DNA of 64,000 nt. Source: Macrostomum lignano (lineage: Eukaryota). The position numbers were made by a program, and so were the translations under genes. Numbering within the stretch: position 1 is the first letter of the stretch; the number at the start of each line of letters is the position of its first letter. Under the pieces are notes generated by a model, which worked only from the letters and a program-made list of their open reading frames with translations, searched no databases and was not told the DNA's origin. The DNA lies in contig NIVC01000716.1 of assembly GCA_002269645.1 (NCBI GenBank), forward strand, positions 145,426 to 209,425. Direction: 5' to 3'. Positions 9,768-24,700 of the stretch are shown in pieces.

Positions 9768-12700
9768 GAATTAGTGCCTATTTAGCGGCGACATCAGTCA
9801 CGGCCGGGATGGAAGTGGAGGCCCATCTGCAGCAGGTATGAAATTCTTAATTATTATAAACTTTTATCCAATCGATACTGATGAGGCTGAGCTGAGCCGG
9901 GGAGATCAGACACCCCGGCTGACAGGGGCGTAGCCAGGAATTTTGATTGGGGGGCCGTGAGTTAGGGGGCGCCAGCTTCTTATAGGGGGGCGCCAGTTTC
10001 TTTTAGGGGGGCGCCAGTTTCTTATAGGGGGGCGCCAGTTTCTTTTAGGGGGGGGGCGCCAGTTTCTTTTAGGGGGGGGGCGCCAGTTTCTTATAGGGGG
10101 GAGGGCGCCAGTTTCTTTTAGGGGGGGGGCGCCAGTTTCTTTTAGGGGAGGGGCGCCAGTTTCTTATAGGGGGGGGGGCGCCAGTTTCTTTTAGGGGGGG
10201 CGCCAGTTTCTTTTAGGAGGGGCCGGGGGCGCCAGTTTCTTTTAGGAGGGGCCGGGGGCGCCAGTTTCTTTTAGGAGGGGCCGGGGGCACCAGTTTCTTT
10301 TAGGGGGGGGGGGGCGCCAGTTTTTTATAGGGAGGGGGGGCGCCAGTTTCTTTTAGGGGGGGGGAGGGGGGGCGCCAGTTTCTTTTAGGGGGGGGCGCCA
10401 GTTTCTTTTAGGGGGGGGGGCGCCAGTTTCTTTTAGGGGGGGGGGGCGCCAGTTTCTTATAGGGGGGGGGGGCGCCAGTTTCTTATAGGGGGGGGGGGCG
10501 CCAGTTTCTTTTAGGGGGGGGCGCCAAGGCCAGAGTTGGTTGATTGGGGGGGGGGCCACGGCCCCCCTTGCCCCCCTCTGGCTACGCCCCTGCCGGCTGA
10601 CCTTAGAGACCCCTGCCTGATGAGTCAGGCGTTAATTGTGGCGAGCTGCTGGGACTCGCCAAGCCATGCATTGCCGAGTCACTGTCACAGGCTCACAACT
10701 GAACATGTGAGTCACTGTCACAAGCTCGCAACTGAACATGTGAGTCACTATCACAGGCTCACAACTGAACATGTGAGTCACTGTCACAAGCTTAAAACTG
10801 AACATGTGAGTCACTGTCACAAGCTTAAAACTGAACATGTGAGTCACTGTCACAAGCTTAAAACTGAACATGTGAGTCACTGTCACAAGCTTAAAACTGA
10901 ACATGTGAGTCACTGTCACAAGCTTAAAACTGAACATGTGAGTCACTGTCACAAGCTCACAACTGAACATGTGAGTCACTGTCACAAGCTTAAAACTGAA
11001 CATGTGAGTCACTGTCACAAGCTTAAAACTGAACATGTGAGTCACTGTCACAAGCTTAAAACTGAACATGTGAGTCACTGTCACAAGCTCACAACTGAAC
11101 ATGTGAGTCACTGTCACAAGCTTAAAACTGAACATGTGAGTCACTGTCACAAGCTTAAAACTGAACATGTGAGTCACTGTCACAAGCTTAAAACTGAACA
11201 TGTGAGTCACTGTCACAAGCTTGAACAAGTCACTGTCACAAGCTTAAAACTGAACATGTGAGTCACTGTCACAAGCTTAAAACTGAACATGTGAGTCACT
11301 GTCACAAGCTCATGAACATGTGAGTCACTGTCACAAGCTCTGAACAGTGAGTCACTGTCACAAGCTTAAAACTGAACATGTGAGTCATTGTCACAAGCTC
11401 TGAACATGTGAGTCACTGTCACAAGCTGAACATGTGAGTCACTGTCACAAGCTTAAAACTGAACATGTGAGTCACTGTCACAAGCTTAAAACTGAACATG
11501 TGAGTCACTGTCACAAGCTTAAAACTGAACATGTGAGTCACTGTCACAAGCTTAAAACTGAACATGTGAGTCATGTTGACCGGACGCTCGTGAAAGCGAC
11601 CCCTCTTCCTGTCAGATCTGTGAGCGAGCTCGCACGAAAATCCGTCCAAAACAATCGGCGTCTGTGCTGCCGGACGCGAACTCTCTTAAAGTACATGTAC
11701 ATGTACTGTACGAGCTCGTTACAAATGACTTCTGAGCGAAATCCCTCTAATTAGCACTTCACCCCCTGCAGTAATTGCTCTGAGATCTGCCTGGGATGTC
11801 GGCCAGCTGCCCATTACCTAAACTAGCTGGCTCCATGTGATCGCACCTGCAGGGCAGCGCAAGGGAGGCCCAGTGGCCGGGTTGTGGCCGAGGTCAAAGT
11901 TAAACAAAGCTGGATCAGCTCGGCCTTACTGAAGCTCACACAAAATACGCCCTGTTTATCCTTGGCAATCTGTGCCGTGCAACAGCCTTTTTAACTATAG
12001 CAGCAGCTCAGCTTTCACCTGGTTTGTTCTGTCAATTTTTGCGCTTTTTAGCCAGCTCTGATCTGAATGCTACTGTCTGCAATTCTCTGTTCTCAATGCA
12101 TTTGCACCGTTGTTTCTGTACTCCATGTGTTTCTGTACTCCATGTGTTTCTGTACTCCATGTGTTTCTGTACTCCATGTGTTTCTGTACTAAATGTGTTT
12201 CTGTACTCCATGTGTTTCTGTACTAAATGTGTTTCTGTACTCCATGTGTTTCTGCACTCCATGTGTTTCTGTACTCCATGTGTTTCTGCACTCCATGTGT
12301 TTCTGCACTCCATGTGTTTCTGTACTCCATGTGTTTCTGCACTCCATGTGTTTCTGTACTCCATGTGTTTCTGTACTCCATGTGTTTCTGTACTAAATGT
12401 GTTTCTGTACTAAATGTGTTTCTGCACTCCATGTGTTTCTGTACTCCATGTGTTTCTGTACTAAATGTGTTTCTGTACTAAATGTGTTTCTGTACTAAAT
12501 GTGTTTCTGTACTCCATGTGTTTCTGCACTCCATGTGTTTCTGTACTCCATGTGTTTCTGTACTAAATGTGTTTCTGTACTCCATGTGTTTCTGTACTCC
12601 ATGTGTTTCTGTACTAAATGTGTTTCTGTACTCCATGTGTTTCTGTACTCCATGTGTTTCTGTACTCCATGTGTTTCTGTACTAAATGTGTTTCTGTACT

Positions 12701-15700
12701 CCATGTGTTTCTGTACTCCATGTGTTTCTGTACTAAATGTGTTTCTGTACTCCATGTGTTTCTGTACTCCATGTGTTTCTGCACTCCATGTGTTTCTGCA
12801 CTCCATGTGTTTCTGCACTCCATGTGTTTCTGCACTCCATGTGTTTCTGCACTCCATGTGTTTCTGTACTCCATGTGTTTCTGCACTCCATGTGTTTCTG
12901 TACTCCATGTGTTTCTGCACTCCATGTGTTTCTGTACTCCATGTGTTTCTGTACTCCATGTGTTTCTGTACTCCATGTGTTTCTGCACTCCATGTGTTTC
13001 TGTACTCCATGTGTTCTGCACTCCATGTGTTTCTGCACTCCATGTGTTTCTGTACTCCATGTGTTTCTGTACTAAATGTGTTTCTGTACTCCATGTGTTT
13101 CTGCACTCCATGTGTTTCTGTACTAAATGTGTTTCTGCACTCCATGTGTTTCTGTACTCCATGTGTTTCTGCACTCCATGTGTTTCTGTACTCCATGTGT
13201 TTCTGTACTCCATGTGTTTCTGTACTCCATGTGTTTCTGCACTCCATGTGTTTCTGTACTCCATGTGTTTCTGCACTCCATGTGTTTCTGCACTCCATGT
13301 GTTTCTGTACTCCATGTGTTTCTGTACTAAATGTGTTTCTGTACTCCATGTGTTTCTGCACTCCATGTGTTTCTGTACTAAATGTGTTTCTGTACTCCAT
13401 GTGTTTCTGCACTCCATGTGTTTCTGTACTCCATGTGTTTCTGCACTCCATGTGTTTCTGTACTCCATGTGTTTCTGCACTCCATGTGTTTCTGTACTAA
13501 ATGTGTTTCTGTACTAAATGTGTTTCTGTACTAAATGTGTTTCTGTACTCCATGTGTTTCTGCACTCCATGTGTTTCTGCACTCCATGTGTTTCTGCACT
13601 CCATGTGTTTCTGTACTAAATGTGTTTCTGTACTCCATGTGTTTCTGCACTCCATGTGTTTCTGCACTCCATGTGTTTCTGCACTCCATGTGTTTCTGTA
13701 CTAAATGTGTTTCTGTACTAAATGTGTTTCTGCACTCCATGTGTTTCTGCACTCCATGTGTTTCTGTACTCCATGTGTTTCTGCACTCCATGTGTTTCTG
13801 CACTCCATGTGTTTCTGTACTCCGTGTGTTTCTGCACTCCATGTGTTTCTGTACTCCATGTGTTTCTGTACACCCCGTGTGTTTCTGTACTCTCTTGTGT
13901 TTCTGTACTCCGTGTGTTTTTGCACTCCATGTTTCTGCACTCCATGTGTGTTTCTGTACTCGTGTTTCTGTACTCCATGTGTTTCTGTACTCCCTGTGTG
14001 TTTCTGTACTCCCTGTATGTTTCTGTACTCCCTGTGTGTTTCTGTACTCCCTATGTGTTTCTGTACGTACGTCTCCGTGTTAAATCTGTATACACGGTTT
14101 TTCTGCACTTCTCTGCATTCATTACTGCACTCTACTATAATTTCTTTTTGTACTCGCCCTTCGAAATCAATTCGGCTCGTTCCTTAACTTGTGTCTGTGG
14201 GTCCTCCACCCTGCCCCATCCGATAAACACCGAGAACTCTGGGAGCTGCCGTAAACACCTGCAACTCGCATAATATTTGCGTACAGACAAAACTCAGTCA
14301 ATCTGAGCTCGGCTTATAAAAAAGGTAAAAAATTGCAATTTCCGCTACTATAGAACTATAAGCCTGCCGTTCTGGCCTTGCTGGTAGCCAAGACTGCAGT
14401 AGCCAAGACTGCAGTAGCCAAGACTGCAGTAGCCAAGACTGCATTAGCCAAGACTGCAGTAGCCAAGACTGCAGTAGCCAAGACTGCAGTAGCCAAGACT
14501 GCAGTAGCCAAGACTGCAGTAGCCAAGACTGCATTAGCCAAGATTGCAGTGGCCAAGACTGCAGTAGCCAAGACTGCAGTAGCCAAGACTGAATTTTTAG
14601 CCAAGGTTGCAGTAGCCAAGACTGCATTAGCCAAGACTGCCGTAGCCAAGACCGCATTAGCCAAGACCGCATTAGCCAAGACTGCCGTAGCCAAGACTGC
14701 AGTTTTAGCCAAGACTGCAGTAGCCAAGACTGCAGTAGCCAAGACCGCATTAGCTATTACTGCAGCAGCCCCAGAATGCCTGTTGCAGCCATGTAGAAAA
14801 GCATTACTCAGATTGGAAACAGGCGCAGTTCCTCCTCTCCCAGCCTCCGCCTGCATCAGGCAGACAGCCGGTTTGAATCCTGACATTCTGTTCCGCCACC
14901 ACCAAATTCCAACTCGGTGAAAATCTGCTCCGGGTTTAATTAATTAAATTGGCCAAAACCAAGCTGACTGGCAGCCCCGCGCAGTGAAGAAGGCAGCAGA
15001 AGTTTCAGCAATATTTTTAATACTCGATGAGGCCAAGAGCGGGTGGATGCAAGCTTTGAATCTTGAAAAGAAATGCCACACATGAATCACTTCTGACTCT
15101 GGCAGGCTGCAGCATTGCATAAAAATGCCATGAACAAAGGCAAAATCGGAATAAATATCCGCCTTTTTAGAGCAGCATCAGAACATTGAGGCTTTGTTCG
15201 TCAATATCTGCAGATTTTGGTCTCCAGAACGAACCAACCCATATGAGAAATTCCTATTAGTGAGCAGTAGCCAAATCCCAGTGAGAAATCCCACATTGAG
15301 TCGGTCAGCAGTAGCCAAATCCCAGTGAGAAATCCCACATTGAGTCAATCTAGCAGTAGCCAAATCTAAGTGAGAAATCCCACATTGAGTCAATCTAGCA
15401 GTAGCCAAATCTAAGTGAGAAATCCCACATTGAGTCAGTCAGCAGTAGCCAAATCTAAGTGAGAAATCCCACATTGAGTCGGTCAGCAGTTGCCAAATCT
15501 CAGTGAGAAATCCCACATTGAGTCGGTCAGCAGTAGCCAAATCCCAGTGAGAAATCCCACATTGAGTCGGTCAGCAGTAGCCAAATCTCAGTGAGAAATC
15601 CCACATTGAGTCGGTCAGCAGTAGCCAAATCCCAGTGAGAAATCCCACATTGAGTCGGTCAGCAGTAGCCAAATCTCAGTGAGAAATCCCACATTGAGTC

Positions 15701-18700
15701 GGTCAGCAGTAGCCAAATCCCAGTGAGAAATCCCACATTGAGTCGGTCAGCAGTAGCCAAATCTCAGTGAGAAATCCCACATTGAGTCGGTCAGCAGTTG
15801 CCAAATCCCAGTGAGTCAATCTAGCAGTAGCCAAATCCCAGTGAGAAATCCCACATTGAGTCGATGTAGCAGTAGCCAAATCCCAGTGAGAAATCCCACA
15901 TTGAGTCGATCTAGCAGTAGCCAAATCTAAGTGAGAAATCCCACATTGAGTCGGTCAGCAATAGCCAAATCTCAGTGAGAAATCCCACATTGAGTCGGTC
16001 AGCAGTAGCCAAATCTAAGTGAGAAATCCCACATTGAGTCGATCTAGCAGTAGCCAAATCCCAGTGAGAAATCCCACATTGAGTCGGTCAGCAGTTGCCA
16101 AATCTAAGTGAGAAATCCCACATTGAGTCGGTCAGCAGTAGCCAAATCTAAGTGAGAAATCCCACATTGAGTCGATCTAGCAGTAGCCAAATCCCAGTGA
16201 GAAATCCCACATTGAGTCAATCTAGCAGTAGCCAAATCTAAGTGAGAAATCCCACATTGAGTCGATCTAGCAGTAGCCAAATCTAAGTGAGAAATCCCAC
16301 ATTGAGTCGATCTAGCAGTAGCCAAATCTAAGTGAGAAATCCCACATTGAGTCAATCTAGCAGTAGCCAAATCTAAGTGAGAAATCCCACATTGAGTCGG
16401 TCAGCAGTTGCCAAATCCCAGTGAGAAATCCCACATTGAGTCAATCTAGCAGTAGCCAAATCCCAGTGAGAAATCCCACATTGAGTCAATCTAGCAGTAG
16501 CCAAATCTAAGTGAGAAATCCCACATTGAGTCAATCTAGCAGTAGCCAAATCTAAGTGAGAAATCCCACATTGAGTCGATCTAGCAGTTGCCAAATCTCA
16601 GTGAGTCAATCTAGCAGTAGCCAAATCTCAGTGAGAAATCCCACATTGAGTCAATCTAGCAGTAGCCAAATCTAAGTGAGAAATCCCACATTGAGTCGAT
16701 CTAGCAGTAGCCAAATCTAAGTGAGAAATCCCACATTGAGTCGATCTAGCAGTAGCCAAATCTAAGTGAGAAATCCCACATTGAGTCAATCTAGCAGTAG
16801 CCAAATCTAAGTGAGAAATCCCACATTGAGTCGATCTAGCAGTAGCCAAATCTAAGTGAGAAATCCCACATTGAGTCGATCTAGCAGTAGCCAAATCTAA
16901 GTGAGAAATCCCACATTGAGTCAATCTAGCAGTAGCCAAATCTAAGTGAGAAATCCCACATTGAGTCGGTCAGCAGTAGCCAAATCTAAGTGAGAAATCC
17001 CACATTGAGTCAATCTAGCAGTAGCCAAATCTAAGTGAGAAATCCCACATTGAGTCGGTCAGCAGTTGCCAAATCTCAGTGAGAAATCCCACATTGAGTC
17101 AATCTAGCAGTAGCCAAATCTAAGTGAGAAATCCCACATTGAGTCAATCTAGCAGTAGCCAAATCTAGTGAGAAATCCCACATTGAGTCAATCTAGCAGT
17201 AGCCAAATCTAAGTGAGAAATCCCACATTGAGTCGATCTAGCAGTAGCCAAATCTAAGTGAGAAATCCCACATTGAGTCGGTCAGCAGTAGCCAAATCCC
17301 AGTGAGAAATCCCACATTGAGTCAATCTAGCAGTAGCCAAATCTAAGTGAGAAATCCCACATTGAGTCGGTCAGCAGTAGCCAAATCCCAGTGAGAAATC
17401 CCACATTGAGTCGGTCAGCAGTTGCCAAATCTCAGTGAGAAATCCCACATTGAGTCAATCTAGCAGTAGCCAAATCCCAGTGAGAAATCCCACATTGAGT
17501 CAATCTAGCAGTAGCCAAATCTCAGTGAGAAATCCCACATTGAGTCAATCTAGCAGTAGCCAAATCTAAGTGAGAAATCCCACATTGAGTCGATCTAGCA
17601 GTAGCCAAATCTAAGTGAGAAATCCCACATTGAGTCGGTCAGCAGTAGCCAAATCTCAGTGAGAAATCCCACATTGAGTCGGTCAGCAGTAGCCAAATCC
17701 CAGTGAGTCAATCTAGCAGTAGCCAAATCTAAGTGAGAAATCCCACATTGAGTCAATCTAGCAGTAGCCAAATCTAAGTGAGAAATCCCACATTGAGTCG
17801 GTCAGCAGTAGCCAAATCTCAGTGAGTCAATCTAGCAGTAGCCAAATCTAAGTGAGAAATCCCACATTGAGTCAATCTAGCAGTAGCCAAATCTAAGTGA
17901 GAAATCCCACATTGAGTCAATCTAGCAGTAGCCAAATCTAAGTGAGAAATCCCACATTGAGTCGATCTAGCAGTAGCCAAATCTAAGTGAGAAATCCCAC
18001 ATTGAGTCGATCTAGCAGTAGCCAAATCTAAGTGAGAAATCCCACATTGAGTCAATCTAGCAGTAGCCAAATCTAAGTGAGAAATCCCACATTGAGTCAA
18101 TCTAGCAGTAGCCAAATCTAAGTGAGAAATCCCACATTGAGTCAATCTAGCAGTAGCCAAATCTAAGTGAGAAATCCCACATTGAGTCAATCTAGCAGTA
18201 GCCAAATCTAAGTGAGAAATCCCACATTGAGTCAATCTAGCAGTAGCCAAATCTAAGTGAGAAATCCCACATTGAGTCGATCTAGCAGTAGCCAAATCTA
18301 AGTGAGAAATCCCACATTGAGTCAATCTAGCAGTAGCCAAATCTAAGTGAGAAATCCCACATTGAGTCGGTCAGCAGTTGCCAAATCTAAGTGAGAAATC
18401 CCACATTGAGTCAATCTAGCAGTAGCCAAATCTCAGTGAGAAATCCCACATTGAGTCAGTCAGCAGTAGCCAAATCTAAGTGAGAAATCCCACATTGAGT
18501 CGTCAGCAGTAGCCAAATCTCAGTGAGAAATCCCACATTGAGTCAATCTAGCAGTAGCCAAATCTAAGTGAGAAATCCCACATTGAGTCGATCTAGCAGT
18601 AGCCAAATCTAAGTGAGAAATCCCACATTGAGTCAATCTAGCAGTAGCCAAATCTCAGTGAGAAATCCCACATTGAGTCGGTCAGCAGTTGCCAAATCCC

Positions 18701-21700
18701 AGTGAGTCAATCTAGCAGTAGCCAAATCTAAGTGAGAAATCCCACATTGAGTCAGTCAGCAGTAGCCAAATCTAAGTGAGTCAATCTAGCAGTAGCCAAA
18801 TCTAAGTGAGAAATCCCACATTGAGTCAATCTAGCAGTAGCCAAATCTAAGTGAGAAATCCCACATTGAGTCGATCTAGCAGTAGCCAAATCTAAGTGAG
18901 AAATCCCACATTGAGTCAATCTAGCAGTAGCCAAATCTAAGTGAGAAATCCCACATTGAGTCGGTCAGCAGTAGCCAAATCTAAGTGAGAAATCCCACAT
19001 TGAGTCGGTCAGCAGTAGCCAAATCTCAGTGAGAAATCCCACATTGAGTCGGTCAGCAGTAGCCAAATCTAAGTGAGAAATCCCACATTGAGTCGGTCAG
19101 CAGTTGCCAAATCCCAGTGAGAAATCCCACATTGAGTCAATCTAGCAGTAGCCAAATCTAAGTGAGAAATCCCACATTGAGTCGGTCAGCAGTAGCCAAA
19201 TCCCAGTGAGAAATCCCACATTGAGTCGATCTAGCAGTTGCCAAATCTCAGTGAGTCAATCTAGCAGTAGCCAAATCTAGTGAGAAATCCCACATTGAGT
19301 CAATCTAGCAGTAGCCAAATCTAAGTGAGAAATCCCACATTGAGTCGATCTAGCAGTAGCCAAATCTAAGTGAGAAATCCCACATTGAGTCGATCTAGCA
19401 GTAGCCAAATCTAAGTGAGAAATCCCACATTGAGTCAATCTAGCAGTAGCCAAATCTAAGTGAGAAATCCCACATTGAGTCGATCTAGCAGTAGCCAAAT
19501 CTAAGTGAGAAATCCCACATTGAGTCGATCTAGCAGTAGCCAAATCTAAGTGAGAAATCCCACATTGAGTCAATCTAGCAGTAGCCAAATCTAAGTGAGA
19601 AATCCCACATTGAGTCGGTCAGCAGTAGCCAAATCTAAGTGAGAAATCCCACATTGAGTCAATCTAGCAGTAGCCAAATCTAAGTGAGAAATCCCACATT
19701 GAGTCGGTCAGCAGTAGCCAAATCCTAGTGAGAAATCCCACATTGAGTCGGTCAGCAGTAGCCAAATCTCAGTGAGAAATCCCACATTGAGTCAATCTAG
19801 CAGTAGCCAAATCTCAGTGAGAAATCCCACATTGAGTCAATCTAGCAGTAGCCAAATCCCAGTGAGAAATCCCACATTGAGTCAATCTAGCAGTAGCCAA
19901 ATCTAAGTGAGAAATCCCACATTGAGTCGATCTAGCAGTAGCCAAATCTAAGTGAGAAATCCCACATTGAGTCGGTCAGCAGTAGCCAAATCTAGTGAGA
20001 AATCCCACATTGAGTCAATCTAGCAGTAGCCAAATCTAAGTGAGAAATCCCACATTGAGTCGGTCAGCAGTAGCCAAATCCCAGTGAGAAATCCCACATT
20101 GAGTCGGTCAGCAGTTGCCAAATCTCAGTGAGAAATCCCACATTGAGTCAATCTAGCAGTAGCCAAATCCCAGTGAGAAATCCCACATTGAGTCAATCTA
20201 GCAGTAGCCAAATCTCAGTGAGAAATCCCACATTGAGTCAATCTAGCAGTAGCCAAATCCCAGTGAGAAATCCCACATTGAGTCAATCTAGCAGTAGCCA
20301 AATCTAAGTGAGAAATCCCACATTGAGTCGATCTAGCAGTAGCCAAATCTAAGTGAGAAATCCCACATTGAGTCGGTCAGCAGTAGCCAAATCTCAGTGA
20401 GAAATCCCACATTGAGTCGGTCAGCAGTAGCCAAATCCCAGTGAGTCAATCTAGCAGTAGCCAAATCTAAGTGAGAAATCCCACATTGAGTCAATCTAGC
20501 AGTAGCCAAATCTAAGTGAGAAATCCCACATTGAGTCGGTCAGCAGTAGCCAAATCTCAGTGAGTCAATCTAGCAGTAGCCAAATCTAAGTGAGAAATCC
20601 CACATTGAGTCAATCTAGCAGTAGCCAAATCTAAGTGAGAAATCCCACATTGAGTCAATCTAGCAGTAGCCAAATCTAAGTGAGAAATCCCACATTGAGT
20701 CATCTAGCAGTAGCCAAATCTAAGTGAGAAATCCCACATTGAGTCATCTAGCAGTAGCCAAATCTAAGTGAGAAATCCCACATTGAGTCAGCAGTCCAAA
20801 TCCCAGTTGAGTCATCTAGCAGTAGCCAAATCTAAGTGAGAAATCCCACATTGAGTCATCTAGCAGTAGCCAAATCTAAGTGAGTCAATCTAGCAGTAGC
20901 CAAATCTAAGTGAGAAATCCCACATTGAGTCAATCTAGCAGTAGCCAAATCTAAGTGAGAAATCCCACATTGAGTCGATCAGCAGTAGCCAAATCTAAGT
21001 GAGAAATCCCACATTGAGTCAATCTAGCAGTAGCCAAATCTAAGTGAGAAATCCCACATTGAGTCGTCAGCAGTAGCCAAATCTAAGTGAGAAATCCCAC
21101 ATTGAGTCGGTCAGCAGTAGCCAAATCTAGTGAGAAATCCCACATTGAGTCAATCAGCAGTAGCCAAATCTAAGTGAGAAATCCCACATTGAGTCGTCAG
21201 CAGTAGCCAAATCTAGTGAGAAATCCCACATTGAGTCAATCTAGCAGTAGCCAAATCTAAGTGAGAAATCCCACATTGAGTCGGTCAGCAGTAGCCAAAT
21301 CTAAGTGAGAAATCCCACATTGAGTCGATCTAGCAGTAGCCAAATCTCAGTGAGAAATCCCACATCTAGCAGTAGCCAAATCTAAGTGAGAAATCCCACA
21401 TTGAGTCAATCTAGCAGTAGCCAAATCTAAGTGAGAAATCCCACATTGAGTCATCTAGCAGTAGCCAAATCTAAGTGAGAAATCCCACATTGAGTCATCT
21501 AGCAGTAGCCAAATCTAAGTGAGAAATCCCACATTGAGTCAATCTAGCAGTAGCCAAATCTAAGTGAGAAATCCCACATTGAGTCGATCTAGCAGTAGCC
21601 AAATCTAAGTGAGAAATCCCACATTGAGTCGATCTAGCAGTAGCCAAATCTAAGTGAGAAATCCCACATTGAGTCAATCTAGCAGTAGCCAAATCTAAGT

Positions 21701-24700
21701 GAGAAATCCCACATTGAGTCGTCAGCAGTAGCCAAATCTAAGTGAGAAATCCCACATTGAGTCAATCTAGCAGTAGCCAAATCTAAGTGAGAAATCCCAC
21801 ATTGAGTCGTCAGCAGTAGCCAAATCTAAGTGAGAAATCCCACATTGAGTCGGTCAGCAGTAGCCAAATCTAAGTGAGAAATCCCACATTGAGTCATCAG
21901 AGTCAATCTAGCAGTAGCCAAATCTAGTGAGAAATCCCACATTGAGTCAATCTAGCAGTAGCCAAATCTAGTGAGAAATCCCACATTGAGTCAATCTAGC
22001 AGTAGCCAAATCTAAGTGAGAAATCCCACATTGAGTCAATCTAGCAGTAGCCAAATCTAGTGAGAAATCCCACATTGAGTCGTCTAGCAGTAGCCAAATC
22101 TAAGTGAGAAATCCCACATTGAGTCAATCTAGCAGTAGCCAAATCTAAGTGAGAAATCCCACATTGAGTCGGTCAGCAGTAGCCAAATCTAGTGAGAAAT
22201 CCCACATTGAGTCAATCTAGCAGTAGCCAAATCTAAGTGAGAAATCCCACATTGAGTCAATCTAGCAGTAGCCAAATCTAGTGAGAAATCCCACATTGAG
22301 TCAATCTAGCAGTAGCCAAATCTAGTGAGAAATCCCACATTGAGTCAATCTAGCAGTAGCCAAATCTAAGTGAGAAATCCCACATTGAGTCAATCTAGCA
22401 GTAGCCAAATCTAAGTGAGAAATCCCACATTGAGTCAATCTAGCAGTAGCCAAATCTAAGTGAGAAATCCCACATTGAGTCGTCAGCAGTAGCCAAATCT
22501 AGTGAGAAATCCCACATCTAGCAGTAGCCAAATCTAAGTGAGAAATCCCACATTGAGTCAATCTAGCAGTAGCCAAATCTAAGTGAGAAATCCCACATTG
22601 AGTCGGTCAGCAGTAGCCAAATCTAAGTGAGAAATCACATCTAGCAGTAGCCAAATCTAAGTGAGAAATCCCACATTGAGTCAATCTAGCAGTAGCCAAA
22701 TCTAAGTGAGAAATCCCACATTGAGTCAATCTAGCAGTAGCCAAATCTAAGTGAGAAATCCCACATTGAGTCGTCTAGCAGTAGCCAAATCTAAGTGAGA
22801 AATCCCACATTGAGTCAATCTAGCAGTAGCCAAATCTAAGTGAGAAATCCCACATTGAGTCATCTAGCAGTAGCCAAATCTAAGTGAGAAATCCCACATT
22901 GAGTCGATCTAGCAGTAGCCAAATCTAAGTGAGAAATCCCACATTGAGTCAATCTAGCAGTAGCCAAATCTAAGTGAGAAATCCCACATTGAGTCATCTA
23001 GCAGTAGCCAAATCTAAGTGAGAAATCCCACATTGAGTCAATCTAGCAGTAGCCAAATCTAAGTGAGAAATCCCACATTGAGTCAATCTAGCAGTAGCCA
23101 AATCTAAGTGAGAAATCCCACATTGAGTCAATCTAGCAGTAGCCAAATCTAAGTGAGAAATCCCACATTGAGTCGGTCAGCAGTAGCCAAATCTAAGTGA
23201 GAAATCCCACATTGAGTCAATCTAGCAGTAGCCAAATCTAAGTGAGAAATCCCACATTGAGTCATCTAGCAGTAGCCAAATCTAAGTGAGAAATCCCACA
23301 TTGAGTCGTCAGCAGTAGCCAAATCTAAGTGAGAAATCCCACATTGAGTCAATCTAGCAGTAGCCAAATCTAAGTGAGAAATCCCACATTGAGTCGATCT
23401 AGCAGTAGCCAAATCTAAGTGAGAAATCCCACATTGAGTCATCTAGCAGTAGCCAAATCTAAGTGAGAAATCCCACATTGAGTCGTCAGCAGTAGCCAAA
23501 TCTAAGTGAGAAATCCCACATTGAGTCGATCTAGCAGTAGCCAAATCTAAGTGAGAAATCCCACATTGAGTCTCTAGCAGTAGCCAAATCTAAGTGAGAA
23601 ATCCCACATTGAGTCGGTCTAGCAGTAGCCAAATCTAAGTGAGAAATCCCACATTGAGTCGTCAGCAGTAGCCAAATCTAAGTGAGAAATCCCACATTGA
23701 GTCGGTCAGCAGTAGCCAAATCTAGTGAGTCAATCTAGCAGTAGCCAAATCTAAGTGAGAAATCCCACATTGAGTCAATCTAGCAGTAGCCAAATCTAAG
23801 TGAGAAATCCCACATTGAGTCGGTCAGCAGTAGCCAAATCCAGTGAGAAATCCCACATTGAGTCGGTCAGCAGTGCCAAATCCCAGTGAGTCAATCTAGC
23901 AGTAGCCAAATCTAGTGAGAAATCCCACATTGAGTCGGTCAGCAGTTGCCAAATCAGTGAGAAATCCCACATTGAGTCGGTCAGCAGTTGCCAAATCCCA
24001 GTGAGTCAATCTAGCAGTAGCCAAATCTAAGTGAGAAATCCCACATTGAGTCGGTCAGCAGTAGCCAAATCCCAGTGAGAAATCCCACATTGAGTCGGTC
24101 AGCAGTTGCCAAATCCCAGTGAGTCAATCTAGCAGTAGCCAAATCCCAGTGAGAAATCCCACATTGAGTCGGTCAGCAGTAGCCAAATCTAAGTGAGAAA
24201 TCCCACATTGAGTCGGTCAGCAGTTGCCAAATCTCAGTGAATCAATCTAGCAGTAGCCAAATCTAAGTGAGAAATCCCACATTGAGTCAATCTAGCAGTA
24301 GCCAAATCTAAGTGAGAAATCCCACATTGAGTCGATCTAGCAGTAGCCAAATCTAAGTGAGAAATCCCACATTGAGTCGATCTAGCAGTAGCCAAATCTA
24401 AGTGAGAAATCCCACATTGAGTCAATCTAGCAGTAGCCAAATCTAAGTGAGAAATCCCACATTGAGTCGATCTAGCAGTAGCCAAATCTAAGTGAGAAAT
24501 CCCACATTGAGTCAATCTAGCAGTAGCCAAATCTAAGTGAGAAATCCCACATTGAGTCGTCAGCAGTAGCCAAATCTAAGTGAGAAATCCCACATTGAGT
24601 CAATCTAGCAGTAGCCAAATCTAAGTGAGAAATCCCACATTGAGTCATCTAGCAGTAGCCAAATCTAAGTGAGAAATCCCACATTGAGTCGGTCAGCAGT

